A stretch of 34,163 bases of DNA from an uncultured Fibrobacterota bacterium (GTDB lineage: Bacteria; Fibrobacterota; Chitinivibrionia; Chitinivibrionales; JANQEN01): contig CAZIYW010000057.1 in assembly GCA_964543525.1 (NCBI GenBank), positions 1 to 34,163 on the forward strand, written 5' to 3'. How positions within the stretch are numbered: the stretch's first letter is position 1; every line of letters starts with the position of its first letter. Below the pieces are notes generated by a model that was given only the letters and a program-made list of their open reading frames with translations, was not told the DNA's origin and searched no databases. This document shows positions 1 to 10,612 of this stretch, piece by piece. The position numbers and the translations under genes are program-made.

Positions 1-363
1 GCGCTTACTGAGTGCCCGTGAAAAAATAACTTTACATTTCAACTTGACTTAATGGCGAAGCGGAGGCATATAAGCGGGCAGGGCAGACGGAACCTCCATG
101 TTATTAGACAAAAAGGTTGTGGGGTTCACAAAGGGAAGGGCGTACAATAGTGTTGGTAGTTATTTGATATTTGGTACCTCCATACATAATCCTTCCCCCG
201 ATAACAGGGGAAGTAAACTTTAACAATTGGGAGACGGGGATATTGCTTTTGATTTAAATCTTGGATCAGGGATCTAGCATCTAGTATCCAGTATCTATAA
301 AAAAAGCAAGTCTATAAATAATTAAAAAGTCAAGCCACAATTGATAGCCTGGAACAATTACTC

Positions 364-723
364 ATGTCTGATGAAGAAACCATGCGGGATCTTAAGCGAT
401 CACTGGTAGGACGACCAAAACGACCGATTGCTCAAACTGCGATAGGAATAGGATTGACTTCAAATGGAGTAGCACAACTTGTCGTTTCCTGTTTCTATTT
501 TATACTCGCAGCAGGTATTGATTCGAATGATGAAGCGACTAAAAAAGTGACGAGGAATTATGGTATAATCTATGGAGCCACAGGAATTGCTGAAATAATA
601 CCGGGAATACTAATGATAACCGCGGCAAAGGTTAAATGGCATAAGTTCAATAGATGGCAGGAGGAGCAACAATCAATTAGTAAGTATCCTTCCATTGCCA
701 TATCTTTATGCTTTAATTTATGA
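364..723 (+). CDS. hypothetical small membrane protein (two predicted TM helices)
   Basis: 119-aa ORF with hydrophobic stretches (VAQLVVSCFYFILAAG and IAEIIPGILMITAA). No recognisable catalytic motif. It is convergent with oppF. Confidence 0.3.
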   Translation: MSDEETMRDLKRSLVGRPKRPIAQTAIGIGLTSNGVAQLVVSCFYFILAAGIDSNDEATKKVTRNYGIIYGATGIAEIIPGILMITAAKVKWHKFNRWQEEQQSISKYPSIAISLCFNL

Positions 724-789
724 GTCGAATTGTCATTATTGTGGTGGTTGAAATACAGTCTTGTTTAAAGGCGATTAAACCTATTTCCT

Positions 790-1746
790 CTAAACATACG
801 GACACCTCACACACCTACCCGCCGAATTCTCAACAAGCTCAGGTTCTTCAACCTTACACTTCTCTTTCGCAATAGTACACCGCGTATGAAATGCGCATCC
901 AGAAGGGGGATTTGACGGACTCGGCACATCACCCTGCAGAATGATGCGGGAATGATCTTTCTTGATAGTCGGTGTCGGCACCACCGAGAGAAGGGCTTTG
1001 GTGTATGGGTGCAGCGGTTTGGTGCACACTTCGTTTGCGGGACCTATCTCAACGATTTTCCCGAGATACATGACTGCGATTCTGTCTGATATATGGTTGA
1101 CCACACTGAGGTCGTGGGAGATAAACAGGTATGACAGATTGAGATCGTTTTTGAGCTCTATCATCAGGTTGATAATCTGTGCCTGAATCGATACATCAAG
1201 GGCGGAGACCGGCTCATCGGCAATAATGAGCTTGGGATTGAGTGCGAGCGCGCGGGCAATACCGATTCGCTGGCACTGGCCGCCGCTGAACTCATGGGGA
1301 TACCGGTTGATTACATTTTTGGCAAGACCGACTCTGTCAAGGAGTTTGTTTATTCGTGCCGGACGATCTTCTTTTGTGCCGATATTGTGAATGGTAAAAG
1401 GTTCTTCGAGTATACTGCCCACAGTCATCCGGGGGTTAAGCGAGCTGAGTGGGTCCTGGAAAATGATCTGCATGTTACGGCGCATGGCTTTAAGTTCAGT
1501 ACCGTTTAGACAGCATATGTCCCGTTTCTGAAAGGAGATTGAGCCGCTGGTTGGTTCGAGCAGGCGAAGGATGCTCTTTCCGGCGGTGGATTTGCCACAG
1601 CCGGATTCACCAACCAGACCGAGCACTTCGTTTTCCGCAATGGTAAAGGAGATGCCGTCAACCGCTTTCACATTGCCCACCACACGGGTGAATATACCCC
1701 GGGTAATTGGGAAATATTTCTTAAGGTTATTAATCGCTAACAGCAT
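790..1746 (-). CDS. oppF: oligopeptide/dipeptide ABC transporter ATP-binding protein (OppF-type)
   Basis: Walker [13 protein letters not shown] signature LSGGQ ([15 protein letters not shown]) and Walker [13 protein letters not shown]. The C-terminal oligopeptide-transporter extension contains Cys motifs (CAFHTRC, CVRCP). It is the last gene of the opp operon. Confidence 0.85.
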   Translation of the reverse strand: MLLAINNLKKYFPITRGIFTRVVGNVKAVDGISFTIAENEVLGLVGESGCGKSTAGKSILRLLEPTSGSISFQKRDICCLNGTELKAMRRNMQIIFQDPLSSLNPRMTVGSILEEPFTIHNIGTKEDRPARINKLLDRVGLAKNVINRYPHEFSGGQCQRIGIARALALNPKLIIADEPVSALDVSIQAQIINLMIELKNDLNLSYLFISHDLSVVNHISDRIAVMYLGKIVEIGPANEVCTKPLHPYTKALLSVVPTPTIKKDHSRIILQGDVPSPSNPPSGCAFHTRCTIAKEKCKVEEPELVENSAGRCVRCPYV

Positions 1747-1822
1747 AATTACCCTTTAACTCTTTTTTGTCCGTCAACCGGTTCAGGGTTTAAAGGTTAA
1801 ATGAACGGTAAACCCTGAACCT

Positions 1823-2794
1823 TTAACTTTTTTCTATATGAAAACACGCTGCTGATTGTGTTTCGGAAATAGTAAATTCCTCCGGCTGTGTCCTGCACTT
1901 GTCAGTGTGTCTGTCACAGCGTTCATAGAACCTGCATCCTTCAGTAAAATCTGTTGGGTCAGGGAGTGTTCCCGGAATAACATAGAGCTCTTTGTTGCTT
2001 TTTTCGAGTGTTGGCACTGAATTCAACAGTCCAATGGTGTAGGGATGCTTCGGATTTTCGTAAATATCAACCGCCCTTCCCCGCTCCGCAATTTTTCCTG
2101 CGTATAACACAACAACCGAATCGGCAATTTCAGCGACCACACCCAGGTCATGAGTGATAAAAAGTACAGCCATGCTTCGCTGCTCCTTGATTTCAGCGAG
2201 CAGCTCGAGAATCTGCGCCTGTACCGTTACATCAAGGGCGGTCGTCGGTTCGTCAGCGACCAGGAGCTTGGGGTCGCAGGAGAGAGCCATGGCGATCATC
2301 ACCCGCTGGCGCATACCGCCGGACAGCTGGTGCGGATACTCGGTGACCCGTACATGCGGATCCGGTATCTTCACCTGCTCAAGCAATGATACCGCTTTCT
2401 CCTCCGCTTCTTTCTTCGTCATATTCTTATGTTGTCGCAACGCCTCGGCAATCTGGTAGCCGCAGGTATATACCGGATTGAGTGATGTCATGGGATCCTG
2501 AAAAATCATGGCAATATCGTTCCCTCTGATAGTTCGTATTTCGTCATTGTTCATTTTCAGGATATTCTTTCCCTCGAACAGAATTTCTCCGCCGCTTATT
2601 TCACCCGGGGGGCAGGGAATAAGTTTCATGGTGGAGAGGGCGGTCACCGACTTGCCGCAGCCGGATTCCCCGACCAGGCAGACCGTCTCCCCGGTATTGA
2701 CCTCTAATGAGACATCGTCCACAGCGTTTACTATACCATCATCGGTTTTGAACCGGACAGAGAGATTTTTTATTTCAAGTAAAGCCATAGTCAT
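1823..2794 (-). CDS. oppD: oligopeptide ABC transporter ATP-binding protein (OppD-type)
   Basis: Walker [11 protein letters not shown], signature [15 protein letters not shown] and Walker [13 protein letters not shown]. The C-terminal OppD-type extension HPYTIGLL...[14 protein letters not shown] is present. It is adjacent to oppF. Confidence 0.85.
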   Translation of the reverse strand: MTMALLEIKNLSVRFKTDDGIVNAVDDVSLEVNTGETVCLVGESGCGKSVTALSTMKLIPCPPGEISGGEILFEGKNILKMNNDEIRTIRGNDIAMIFQDPMTSLNPVYTCGYQIAEALRQHKNMTKKEAEEKAVSLLEQVKIPDPHVRVTEYPHQLSGGMRQRVMIAMALSCDPKLLVADEPTTALDVTVQAQILELLAEIKEQRSMAVLFITHDLGVVAEIADSVVVLYAGKIAERGRAVDIYENPKHPYTIGLLNSVPTLEKSNKELYVIPGTLPDPTDFTEGCRFYERCDRHTDKCRTQPEEFTISETQSAACFHIEKS

Positions 2795-2806
2795 TACTAG
2801 GTATCG

Positions 2807-3895
2807 TCATTTCCCGGATTTAGGATCGAATACGTCACGTAATCCGTCACCGAGGAAGTTAAAAGCCATTACCGTGATAAAAATGAAAAATCCGGGAATC
2901 AGTATCCATGGATGAAACCGAATATCGGCGATATTCATCGCATCGGAAAGCAGATTGCCCCATGATGCATACGGGTCCTGTATTCCCAGACCGATAAGGC
3001 TCAATCCGGATTCACCGAGAATATAGTAGGGAATACTCAGGGTGACCGACACGATAAGAAAAGAGAAGGTCTGGGGGATAATATGCTTTATAATAATAAT
3101 AATATTTCTCTGACCCAGCGCTTCGGCAGCCAGCACAAACTCCCGCTCCCTGATTGATTTGGTCATGCCCCGTATCACCCTGGCAAGACCGGCCCACCGG
3201 ATAAAGCTGAGTATGAAAATGATAAGCAGATAAATTGTTACCGATGAAATCTCCGGCGGGAACGCTGCCCGCAGTGCAAGCAGGAGGTAGAAACTGGGTA
3301 CGAGCATGAGCATTTCGCAGATACGCATGAGCACGTTGTCAATTTTACCGCCGTAGAATCCGGCGATACCGCCGACCAGCACACCGATAATGGTACTGAT
3401 GAAAACGCCGATAAGGCCTACGGTAAGTGACACGCGGGAGCCGTAGACAATCCGGCTGAACAGGTCTCTGCCGCGGCCGTCGGCGCCTATCAGATAAAAC
3501 CGTCCCTCCTTTTCCACACCAAACAGGTGTCTGTCGTACGGGATAAAACCGAATAATTTGTACGGGTCTCCCCTGACAAACAGTTTCAGCGGAAACCGCC
3601 GGTCTTTTTTTTCGACGAATACCCGGTTGTAATAAGCATCGAATTCGTAGCCGTAATCATAGACAAAGGGAAAAATGTGGAAGTTATCCTCCTTGTCAAA
3701 AAAGTGTATCCTGCTGGGCGGATTATATGAGTTCGAGCGGGATTCGTTGTCATAATGATAGGGCGCAACAAACTCGGCAAATATACACACTACATACAGC
3801 ACCACCAGTATGATAAACCCGACAAGTGCCGGCTTGTGCTTTTTAAGTTTAAGAAGACCTTTTTTCAGTTCGCTTTTATACTGTACGTCATTCAT
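2807..3895 (-). CDS. oppC: oligopeptide ABC transporter permease (OppC-type, with N-terminal extension)
   Basis: 362-aa polytopic membrane protein carrying the ABC permease EAA-like region (LAAEALGQRNIIIIIKHIIPQ). Its N-terminal periplasmic extension is typical of OppC. It sits between oppB and oppD. Confidence 0.8.
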   Translation of the reverse strand: MNDVQYKSELKKGLLKLKKHKPALVGFIILVVLYVVCIFAEFVAPYHYDNESRSNSYNPPSRIHFFDKEDNFHIFPFVYDYGYEFDAYYNRVFVEKKDRRFPLKLFVRGDPYKLFGFIPYDRHLFGVEKEGRFYLIGADGRGRDLFSRIVYGSRVSLTVGLIGVFISTIIGVLVGGIAGFYGGKIDNVLMRICEMLMLVPSFYLLLALRAAFPPEISSVTIYLLIIFILSFIRWAGLARVIRGMTKSIREREFVLAAEALGQRNIIIIIKHIIPQTFSFLIVSVTLSIPYYILGESGLSLIGLGIQDPYASWGNLLSDAMNIADIRFHPWILIPGFFIFITVMAFNFLGDGLRDVFDPKSGK

Positions 3896-3897
3896 AA

Positions 3898-4881
3898 TCA
3901 GCTGAGTTTTATCCTCGGATCTGTTGCCGCCAGCAGAAGGTCCGCCAGCAGATTACCTGAAATAAGCATAACGCCGCCGATTAACATATTGCCCATGACC
4001 AGAAACAGGTCCTGTGCCCGCACAGCTTCAAGCATAACTGAGCCCAGCCCGGGCCAGCTGGTGATAATTTCTGTAAGAGCCGCGCCGCTGAGCAATGCTG
4101 AAAATTCATATCCGAAAATGGTTATCAGTGGATTGATAGCATTTCTTAATGCGTGTATATAGATGACCCGATTCTCGGGCAGTCCCTTTGCCCGCGCCGT
4201 GAGCACATATTTGGTGCCAAGCTCCTCCAGCATGTTACCACGCATTATCCTCTGCAGGCTGGCAAGGGAGGCGGTTGCCAGAACGATCCCCGGTACTATT
4301 AAATGCTTTATTATATCAAAAAATTTACCAAAAAATCCCAAATCATCGTAATGCACCGATTTCATTCCGCCGATCGGGAGTTTGCCGATGAGCGGTAGTT
4401 CTCCAATAGTAGAGACGAGAAATAATAAAAGCAGTGCCAGAAAAAAAGTGGGCAGAGACATACCGATGTAGGAAATAAAGGAGAAAAATTTATCACTCCA
4501 TTTATACTGGTTGACCGCACAATAGATACCTATTGGTATCGCAACCGTCCAGGTGATAAAGATTGAAAACATGGCGAGAAACAATGTGTTTAACAGATGG
4601 CTGCCAATGACATTTGCGACCGAAGTACGTTTGGAAAAGGAATACCCGAAGTCAAGGCGAATAATGTTTTTCAGCCAGTAGAGGTATTGGATAACCGCGG
4701 GTTTATCGAAATGAAACTTCTGCTCCATCTCTTTGATTGTCTCTTCCGATATCTGTGGATTCATTTTATAGGGAGCCAGAATATCACCGGGGGCCAACTG
4801 CAGGAACATGAAGGTGATAAATGACATGGCCAGAAGCAGCGGAAACATTGTCAGAAGGCGTCGTATCGTATAATTAAACAT
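3898..4881 (-). CDS. oppB: oligopeptide ABC transporter permease (OppB-type)
   Basis: Polytopic permease with an OppB-like N-terminus MFNYTIRRLLTMFPLLL and a conserved permease loop (ARAKGLPENRVIYIHALRNA). The track ORF begins at a TTG at 4920, so I placed the start at the in-frame ATG at 4881. Confidence 0.75.
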   Translation of the reverse strand: MFNYTIRRLLTMFPLLLAMSFITFMFLQLAPGDILAPYKMNPQISEETIKEMEQKFHFDKPAVIQYLYWLKNIIRLDFGYSFSKRTSVANVIGSHLLNTLFLAMFSIFITWTVAIPIGIYCAVNQYKWSDKFFSFISYIGMSLPTFFLALLLLFLVSTIGELPLIGKLPIGGMKSVHYDDLGFFGKFFDIIKHLIVPGIVLATASLASLQRIMRGNMLEELGTKYVLTARAKGLPENRVIYIHALRNAINPLITIFGYEFSALLSGAALTEIITSWPGLGSVMLEAVRAQDLFLVMGNMLIGGVMLISGNLLADLLLAATDPRIKLS

Positions 4882-4976
4882 AGATGATTCAAAATATACT
4901 GTAATACCAAAGAAAACCAAGTGGATTTACTTCACATCCACCCGGTTTATAAAATAACGATTTTATTATTCTCTGT

Positions 4977-6776
4977 CTATTCCTGAGCACCCGGTTCTTT
5001 TATATAAATTTCTTCCATGTTATGAAGAATAGCACCTTCAAGGCCGAGGTAGCGCGTAAGATGAATGTTTCCGAAATGATTCTTCACTCCGAGAACTACT
5101 TCACGAAGCGGCATGTATACCTTCAGACACTGATCCATGACAATTTCCTGCCATTCCCAGTAAAGTTTTTTCCTTTTCTCAGGATCCATTTCACTTGCCG
5201 CCTCTTCAAAGATCTCCGCCACGCGGGCTTCCCACGGGTATGAAGGTTTTTTCTGCTTAGGATTGTAGATATAGCGGTATGACGAGTAAATTTCGGTACT
5301 TTTACCAAAATGGGGGTCAATAATACCGCCCAGAGCATACGCCACCGCATCCCAGTCATAAGTGTTGTTGGTTTTATCGATGAGATTATTAAATTCCACG
5401 AAATTAAGGTGGACCTTCATACCGATTTTTTCGAGATCCTTTCGTACCATCTCAAACATCTTTTGAATGATTTTTACCCCGGCGCTGGTGATAAGGGTGA
5501 ACTCCACCAGATTACCGTCACTGTCTTCCAAAAAACCGTCACCGTCTCTGTCTTTGAATCCCTGTTCGGCCAGTAATTTTTTTGCCTTGTCAACGTCATA
5601 GTCATAGGTCGGCGCATTGGGATTGTGAAAGAACCCTTTATGCTTGCCCCACACCCCGTCGGGCGGGGTGGCCAGGCCGTTGTAAATAATCTCAATCATT
5701 GCCTGATAGTTTATTGCATGGGCACAGGCCTTTCTGAAATATTTATTACGAAACCATTTCTGCTTTTTCTCTTCCAGATAGAATTTCCCCGTTTTGGGAT
5801 TCTTCTGGTTATTCTGATTAAAGGTGAAGAAGGAGTCGTACCATCTCGGGCCCACTTTATATAAGGTGAACCCTTTTTCCTTTTCCAGCGGTTTCAGGAT
5901 TGGATAGTGCTCTCCCTGCACCGACAGTTGATCTATCTCGCCGTTTTTAAATTTCAGCATGGCCACGTTGGGCTCTTTTATTATCAGCATGATAAGGCGG
6001 TCTATATAGGGAAGCCGGTTTCCCTTCGCGTCCTTTTTCCAATAGTTCGGATTTCTTTTCATCACCACCCGCTGGCCCAGCTCGACCTTATCAAGAATAA
6101 ACGGTCCGCTGCCGATTACATTTTTCGGGTCGGTTCCGCTGGAGAGAAACGATTCCAGGGTGCCGTCCTTCGCATATTTTGCATAGACATGCTTTGGCAT
6201 TATATCCATGCCGGCCACAGTGAGAAACGGTGCGAACGGGTAGGGAAGGGTAAAGGTCACGGTAAAGGAGTCAACGGCAGTCACCGTGATTTTTTTACCT
6301 TTAATTTTAAAATTATCAGCGAGGCCGGAACGGATTTTTTTATTGTAGATTACGTCGTTAAAGGTAAATGCGACATCGTATGCACTGAGTTTAACTCCAT
6401 CGGAAAAGAAAACATCGTTACGCAGATGAAATGTCCATTGCAGTCCGTCATCGGAGACATCCCATTTCTCGGCGATTCTGGGGGTAAAGGTCAGAGTGGC
6501 GATATCAAGCTCCACCAAACCCTCGAAAATGTAGCCCATTACACTGTTGGAATAGGCGGATGTTGACGTTGCCGGGCAGAATCCGTCCGGATCGGCGCCG
6601 AGAGGAATCCATACGGTACCGCCATAGGTACCGATTTCAGGGGTGTAGGCTTTCCCGATACTGTCTAACTGGGCAAGGGTATAGTCCGTTGATACGGGCG
6701 GTTGTTTCCGGGGTGTCTTTTTTCCACAGGATACCACCAGAAGGCTGCAGAATAGCACCACTATTATTTTTTTCAT
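4977..6776 (-). CDS. oppA: oligopeptide-binding lipoprotein, ABC transporter substrate-binding protein family 5 (OppA-type)
   Basis: ~600-aa protein with a signal peptide plus lipobox (MKKIIVVLFCSLLVVSCG) and family-5 SBP length and composition. It is paralogous to the upstream gene. The track start at 6788 is TTG. The ATG at 6776 is preceded by GGAG. Confidence 0.75.
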   Translation of the reverse strand: MKKIIVVLFCSLLVVSCGKKTPRKQPPVSTDYTLAQLDSIGKAYTPEIGTYGGTVWIPLGADPDGFCPATSTSAYSNSVMGYIFEGLVELDIATLTFTPRIAEKWDVSDDGLQWTFHLRNDVFFSDGVKLSAYDVAFTFNDVIYNKKIRSGLADNFKIKGKKITVTAVDSFTVTFTLPYPFAPFLTVAGMDIMPKHVYAKYAKDGTLESFLSSGTDPKNVIGSGPFILDKVELGQRVVMKRNPNYWKKDAKGNRLPYIDRLIMLIIKEPNVAMLKFKNGEIDQLSVQGEHYPILKPLEKEKGFTLYKVGPRWYDSFFTFNQNNQKNPKTGKFYLEEKKQKWFRNKYFRKACAHAINYQAMIEIIYNGLATPPDGVWGKHKGFFHNPNAPTYDYDVDKAKKLLAEQGFKDRDGDGFLEDSDGNLVEFTLITSAGVKIIQKMFEMVRKDLEKIGMKVHLNFVEFNNLIDKTNNTYDWDAVAYALGGIIDPHFGKSTEIYSSYRYIYNPKQKKPSYPWEARVAEIFEEAASEMDPEKRKKLYWEWQEIVMDQCLKVYMPLREVVLGVKNHFGNIHLTRYLGLEGAILHNMEEIYIKEPGAQE

Positions 6777-6788
6777 GGAGTGCTCCAA

Positions 6789-8618
6789 TCAGTTTTTATA
6801 TGAAGGTAAAACAAAGATTTCCTCAATATTGTGAAAAAACCTTCTTTTCGAATTATATTCCGCTTCAGCTATCGGCACAGGATTAATATTACCGAATTTA
6901 TTTCTTACTGCAAAGAGTCTGAAGGATGAGACTAGGATAATAAAAGGAAGTTGTTCAGAATAGATTTGCTGCCATTCATCATAAAGTTTTTTCCGTTTAA
7001 CAGGATCCATTTCCTGTGCGGCTAGGGTGAAAATGGTATCGATTCTGGCTTCCCAGGGAGTGGAAGGACTCTCCTGATAGGGAAACCACTCGTGGGTCCG
7101 GCCGCTGGATTGCCAGACATTTGCGCCGCTGTGCGGTTCATTGCCGCCGGTCAGTCCAAGTACAATGGCCTCCCATTTGTAGGTATGGTCAAGTTTGTCC
7201 ACCAGATTATTAAATTCGAGCAGCGAGAAATGGACTTTAATACCGATTTTTTCCAGATCCTTTCGTATCAGCTCACAGTATTTTTTCCTGTCCGTATTCC
7301 CCGCATTGGTCTGGAGTGCAAATTCCACGGGATTGCCGTCGGGATCTTCGAGAAGACCATCGCTGTCTTTATCGGTGAAACCTTCGGAAGTGAGTATAGC
7401 TCGTGCGGAGTCAGGGTTAAAGGGGTATTTCCGCACGTTCGGATTATGAAAGAAACCGGCGGCTTCATTAACCGGAGTGTGCCGGGGCTCGGCCAGACCG
7501 TTATGAATGATGTTTACCATCTGTTCCTTATCGATGCAGTAGGCAACAGCCTGCCTGAATTTTCGGTTGCGGAACCATTTTAATTTTACCGGATCGACAA
7601 GCGGTTCACCGGTTTCTTTATCAATACCGGTATTCTGATTGAATATGATATGCCGGTGCCCGAGGCCGGGGCCGAGGTTATAAATGCGAAAGTCGTTTTT
7701 CTGCTCCAATGGTTTCAGTACCGGATAATCCTCACCGCGCATGGCAAGGAAATCCGTTTCGCCGTTTTTAAATTTCAGCAACTCTGCCGAGCGATCCTTT
7801 ACATAGAGAAAGACAATCTTATCAAGGTAGGGAAGCCGGTTGCCTGCTGCGTCTTTTCTCCAGTAAATCGGATTTCTTTTTAATACCAACTGCTGGGAGG
7901 GACGGTACGATGTAATAACAAACGGGCCGGTACCGACAATCTCCTCAACCTTTGTATCGATCTCCCAGGTTGATGAGAATGTTCCGGCCTTATGGGCGCC
8001 ATACAGTTTATGTTTCGGCAGAATAGGGGCCGAACCCCAGGTTATCATTTTCAGAAAAGGGGCGAATTTGAAGGGAAGTGTCATACGCACCGAGTGGGAG
8101 CCCGTTTTTTCGACACGGATTCGTCTTCCCCGAATGGTTAAGATATCACGGGCCGCGGACAGGTTGCGCTTGTCGTATATCGCTTCAAAAGAGAATACAA
8201 CGTCATCGGCAGTAAAGGGTGTACCGTCGGACCATACAACATCCCTGCGTAATTGGAAATCATAGGCCAGGAAGTCCTCCGACACTGTCCAGGATTCGGC
8301 AAGAGCCGGTATCGATTTCTGCGTAACCACATCAAAGCTCACCAGTCCCTCAAAAACGAACTGAAGTACCTCTGAGCTCGAAGTTTCGTTACTCGTTATT
8401 AGATTAAATGTTTTAGGGTCGCTTCCGAAGGAGCTCACAATGAGTGACCCGCCGTAGGACCCGATTTCCGGTGAAAAGCTTTTTGCCTTTTCCACCCATG
8501 TATGCCAGTCTTCCAGAGCTAAGCGGCTGTATTGCCCAGGCTTTTTTTTACTGCAAGAATGCATGAAAAGCAGGGTGCAGGAAATGATTGTATATAGAAC
8601 CAAATAGCGTCTTTTCAT
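6789..8618 (-). CDS. oppA: oligopeptide-binding lipoprotein paralog (family 5 SBP, OppA-type)
   Basis: 609-aa protein with a signal peptide and Cys lipobox region (LVLYTIISCTLLFMHSCSKK). It is clearly homologous to the downstream OppA; for example YWRKDAAGNRLPYLDKIVF aligns with YWKKDAKGNRLPYIDRLIM, and GFFHNPN is shared by both. It is the first gene of the operon. Confidence 0.75.
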   Translation of the reverse strand: MKRRYLVLYTIISCTLLFMHSCSKKKPGQYSRLALEDWHTWVEKAKSFSPEIGSYGGSLIVSSFGSDPKTFNLITSNETSSSEVLQFVFEGLVSFDVVTQKSIPALAESWTVSEDFLAYDFQLRRDVVWSDGTPFTADDVVFSFEAIYDKRNLSAARDILTIRGRRIRVEKTGSHSVRMTLPFKFAPFLKMITWGSAPILPKHKLYGAHKAGTFSSTWEIDTKVEEIVGTGPFVITSYRPSQQLVLKRNPIYWRKDAAGNRLPYLDKIVFLYVKDRSAELLKFKNGETDFLAMRGEDYPVLKPLEQKNDFRIYNLGPGLGHRHIIFNQNTGIDKETGEPLVDPVKLKWFRNRKFRQAVAYCIDKEQMVNIIHNGLAEPRHTPVNEAAGFFHNPNVRKYPFNPDSARAILTSEGFTDKDSDGLLEDPDGNPVEFALQTNAGNTDRKKYCELIRKDLEKIGIKVHFSLLEFNNLVDKLDHTYKWEAIVLGLTGGNEPHSGANVWQSSGRTHEWFPYQESPSTPWEARIDTIFTLAAQEMDPVKRKKLYDEWQQIYSEQLPFIILVSSFRLFAVRNKFGNINPVPIAEAEYNSKRRFFHNIEEIFVLPSYKN

Positions 8619-8728
8619 TGGTGGACCGATCCTACTGATGTAATGAAGTCTTTATATTACTAAAATAAAACAAAGCAATCGACGGTGGAGCGGAACGTAA
8701 AAAACAGATACCGGAATAGTTTAAACAC

Positions 8729-8762
8729 ATATTACGATTTCTATCGGAAATACGTAATATTA
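8729..8762. promoter_or_regulatory. interrupted palindrome (ATATTACG-ATTTC-N5-GAAAT-ACGTAATAT) in the opp upstream region, candidate operator
   Basis: Inverted repeat read directly from sequence, ~100 nt upstream of the first oppA start. It lies in the AT-rich divergent promoter region between opp and the plus-strand DUF3108 gene. Confidence 0.3.
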
Positions 8763-8935
8763 GGTAAAAAAAAAATTAATATTAATTATATCATATATAA
8801 TGGTGGGTATTAGCCGTATATAATTCGAGAGTAGTTTGGTAAAGCGGAAGTTCCGCCTTTTCATTTCGTGTTAAGAAAAACGAATAGTATATTTATTCAT
8901 ACGTCTTTTACATAAGCTATGAAGAGAGTAATAGT

Positions 8936-9838
8936 ATGAATCATATAGGTATACGATTTCCCCGGAAAATAAAAAGAATCCCGATAATCTCTTTTCTGTT
9001 ACTGTTGTGTATACTGTGTGTGGGAGTATTCGGCGGCAGGCGGGATACTGAGCGGTGGGAGCGAATGGAGAGAGAGGTAAAGGAAAAAGTATTTCCCGCG
9101 GAATATCGCGACTCTTTACAGAAGGTTTTTGATGTCGGCGATAATACGGGATTACGGACGGAAAAAGGCAGGACGCTTCTTTTTAAACGAAGGGAAAAAG
9201 CCGTTTATGAAGGCGGGTGGGGATTTATTAATGCTGGGTGGGGGGTTATAGAAGCCGAGTTTGATAAAAAGAAGGCACGAATACTGTTCTCCGGGAAAGC
9301 ATTCACCAATAATTTTACCAGCGCATTTTTTGAAGTCCGCGATTTTGTAAGGTCCGAGGTAGATGCCAAAGGGCTGTATCCCTGTTTTTTTGAACAGCAT
9401 ATCCATGAAAATCGATATAAAAGAAGCACATTCGCTCTCTTTGATCATGTGAAAGGGAAAGTATACAATAACAGGAAAAAGAAAAAACTGGAGTATACAA
9501 TCGCCCCGTTTTCGCATGATTATATTTCACTGTTATATTATCTGCGGACCCGTGAATTTGCCCCCGGTGATACCTTCTCTATCCGCTGTTTTGTCCACGG
9601 GAAAGATTATCCGATTCTCTTTGAAGTCCATGGCCGTGAAGAGGTAAAAGTTAATGCGGGAACATTTAATTGTATCAAAGTGCAGCCCCACCTGGTAGGG
9701 GAGGGACGGAATTTCAATAAGCGTGATAAGATGTACCTCTGGTTTACCGATGATGAATACCATGTGCTGGTCAAAGGAAAATCGAAGGTTGCTATGGGGT
9801 GGATTAATGCTGAATTGATTCACTATGAACGGAAGTAG
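8936..9838 (+). CDS. secreted protein, DUF3108-like
   Basis: 300-aa ORF with an N-terminal signal/TM segment (IPIISFLLLLCILCVGVFG). The overall pattern (GEKAVYEGGWGFINAGWGVIEAEF...DYISLLYYLR...MYLWFTDD) resembles DUF3108-family proteins as I recall them. This call is from memory and not searched. Confidence 0.4.
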   Translation: MNHIGIRFPRKIKRIPIISFLLLLCILCVGVFGGRRDTERWERMEREVKEKVFPAEYRDSLQKVFDVGDNTGLRTEKGRTLLFKRREKAVYEGGWGFINAGWGVIEAEFDKKKARILFSGKAFTNNFTSAFFEVRDFVRSEVDAKGLYPCFFEQHIHENRYKRSTFALFDHVKGKVYNNRKKKKLEYTIAPFSHDYISLLYYLRTREFAPGDTFSIRCFVHGKDYPILFEVHGREEVKVNAGTFNCIKVQPHLVGEGRNFNKRDKMYLWFTDDEYHVLVKGKSKVAMGWINAELIHYERK

Positions 9839-9862
9839 TCTTATACAGCACAGGTAGAGCCG

Positions 9863-10468
9863 ATGCTTGCTATTCTCATCTCTCTTGACAGAACACTGTT
9901 TCTCTTTTTTAACAGTACTATTTCAAATCCCCTTTTTGATGGCATTTTTACCGTTATAACCCACAGAAATACCTGGATAATACCCGCAATTGTTGCTGCA
10001 GGTATTTTTATTTTCAGGGAAAAAAAGAGAGCGCTTATTGTGCTTCTGCTTCTCATTATTACCGCCGCGATTACCGATCCGCTCTGTGTGCGGGTATTAA
10101 AACCCCTGTTTCACCGTCTCCGGCCATGTCATCCCTCCTATTTTATTGACGGACGGCATCTGTTTCTTGCCGGCGGTCATTTTCTGCTCGGGTATAAAAA
10201 ATCATTGTCTTTTCCATCAGCCCATGCAATGAACATGTTTGCCGCCGCTGCGTTGCTGACACTGCTCTACCCCAAACGGGCAGTATGGTTTTACCTTTTT
10301 GCCGTCCCGGTTGCCTTCTCCCGAATCTATGTTGGTGTCCATTACCCACTGGATTTTTTAGCGGGTGCAATAGTAGGTTCTGCTATTGGAATCTTGGTTT
10401 TTTATGGATATCAATATATAATGAATAATATACAGGCCAGGAAATTGAAAAAAGAGAATACTAAATAA
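9863..10468 (+). CDS. PAP2 family phosphatase (undecaprenyl-diphosphate/lipid phosphatase-like)
   Basis: All three PAP2 signature motifs are present: KX6RP (KPLFHRLRP), PSGH (PSAH) and SRX5HX3D (SRIYVGVHYPLD). It is a polytopic membrane protein. It starts 24 nt after the DUF3108-like gene. Confidence 0.8.
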   Translation: MLAILISLDRTLFLFFNSTISNPLFDGIFTVITHRNTWIIPAIVAAGIFIFREKKRALIVLLLLIITAAITDPLCVRVLKPLFHRLRPCHPSYFIDGRHLFLAGGHFLLGYKKSLSFPSAHAMNMFAAAALLTLLYPKRAVWFYLFAVPVAFSRIYVGVHYPLDFLAGAIVGSAIGILVFYGYQYIMNNIQARKLKKENTK

Positions 10469-10471
10469 TGC

Positions 10472-10587
10472 ATGTCTGAAGAAAGCTTATTTACTGTCAT
10501 TCCGGTATACTGTTTGTCCGGAATCCAATAAATTAAAAATGGGATTCCCGCTAAAAGCAGACGGGAATAACGCTTCGAAGCAGACAT
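10472..10587 (+). ncRNA. structured 5' leader / possible riboregulator upstream of the K+ channel gene
   Basis: An enclosing stem ATGTCTG (10472-10478) pairs with CAGACAT (10581-10587). It contains two similar hairpins, ATTCCGG-N12-CCGGAAT (10499-10524) and ATTCCCG-N11-CGGGAAT (10544-10568). The element ends ~25 nt before the channel start codon. Confidence 0.3.
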
Positions 10588-10612
10588 TAATTTATTACAC
10601 TTGGTTTATTAC

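Noticed and set aside
192-212. Perfect hairpin CTTCCCC-GATAACA-GGGGAAG in the first non-coding stretch
   Set aside because: It is not followed by a U-run on either strand, and there is no nearby gene end within the window. The function is unassignable from this window alone.
5907-6566. 219-aa plus-strand ORF, plus other antisense ORFs inside oppA, oppD, ABC and SPFH genes (2154-2459, 7092-7583, 24582-25166, 26117-26716)
   Set aside because: They lie entirely antisense to strongly supported genes. They have low-complexity or His/Gly-rich composition, no RBS, and no motifs. These are typical shadow ORFs.
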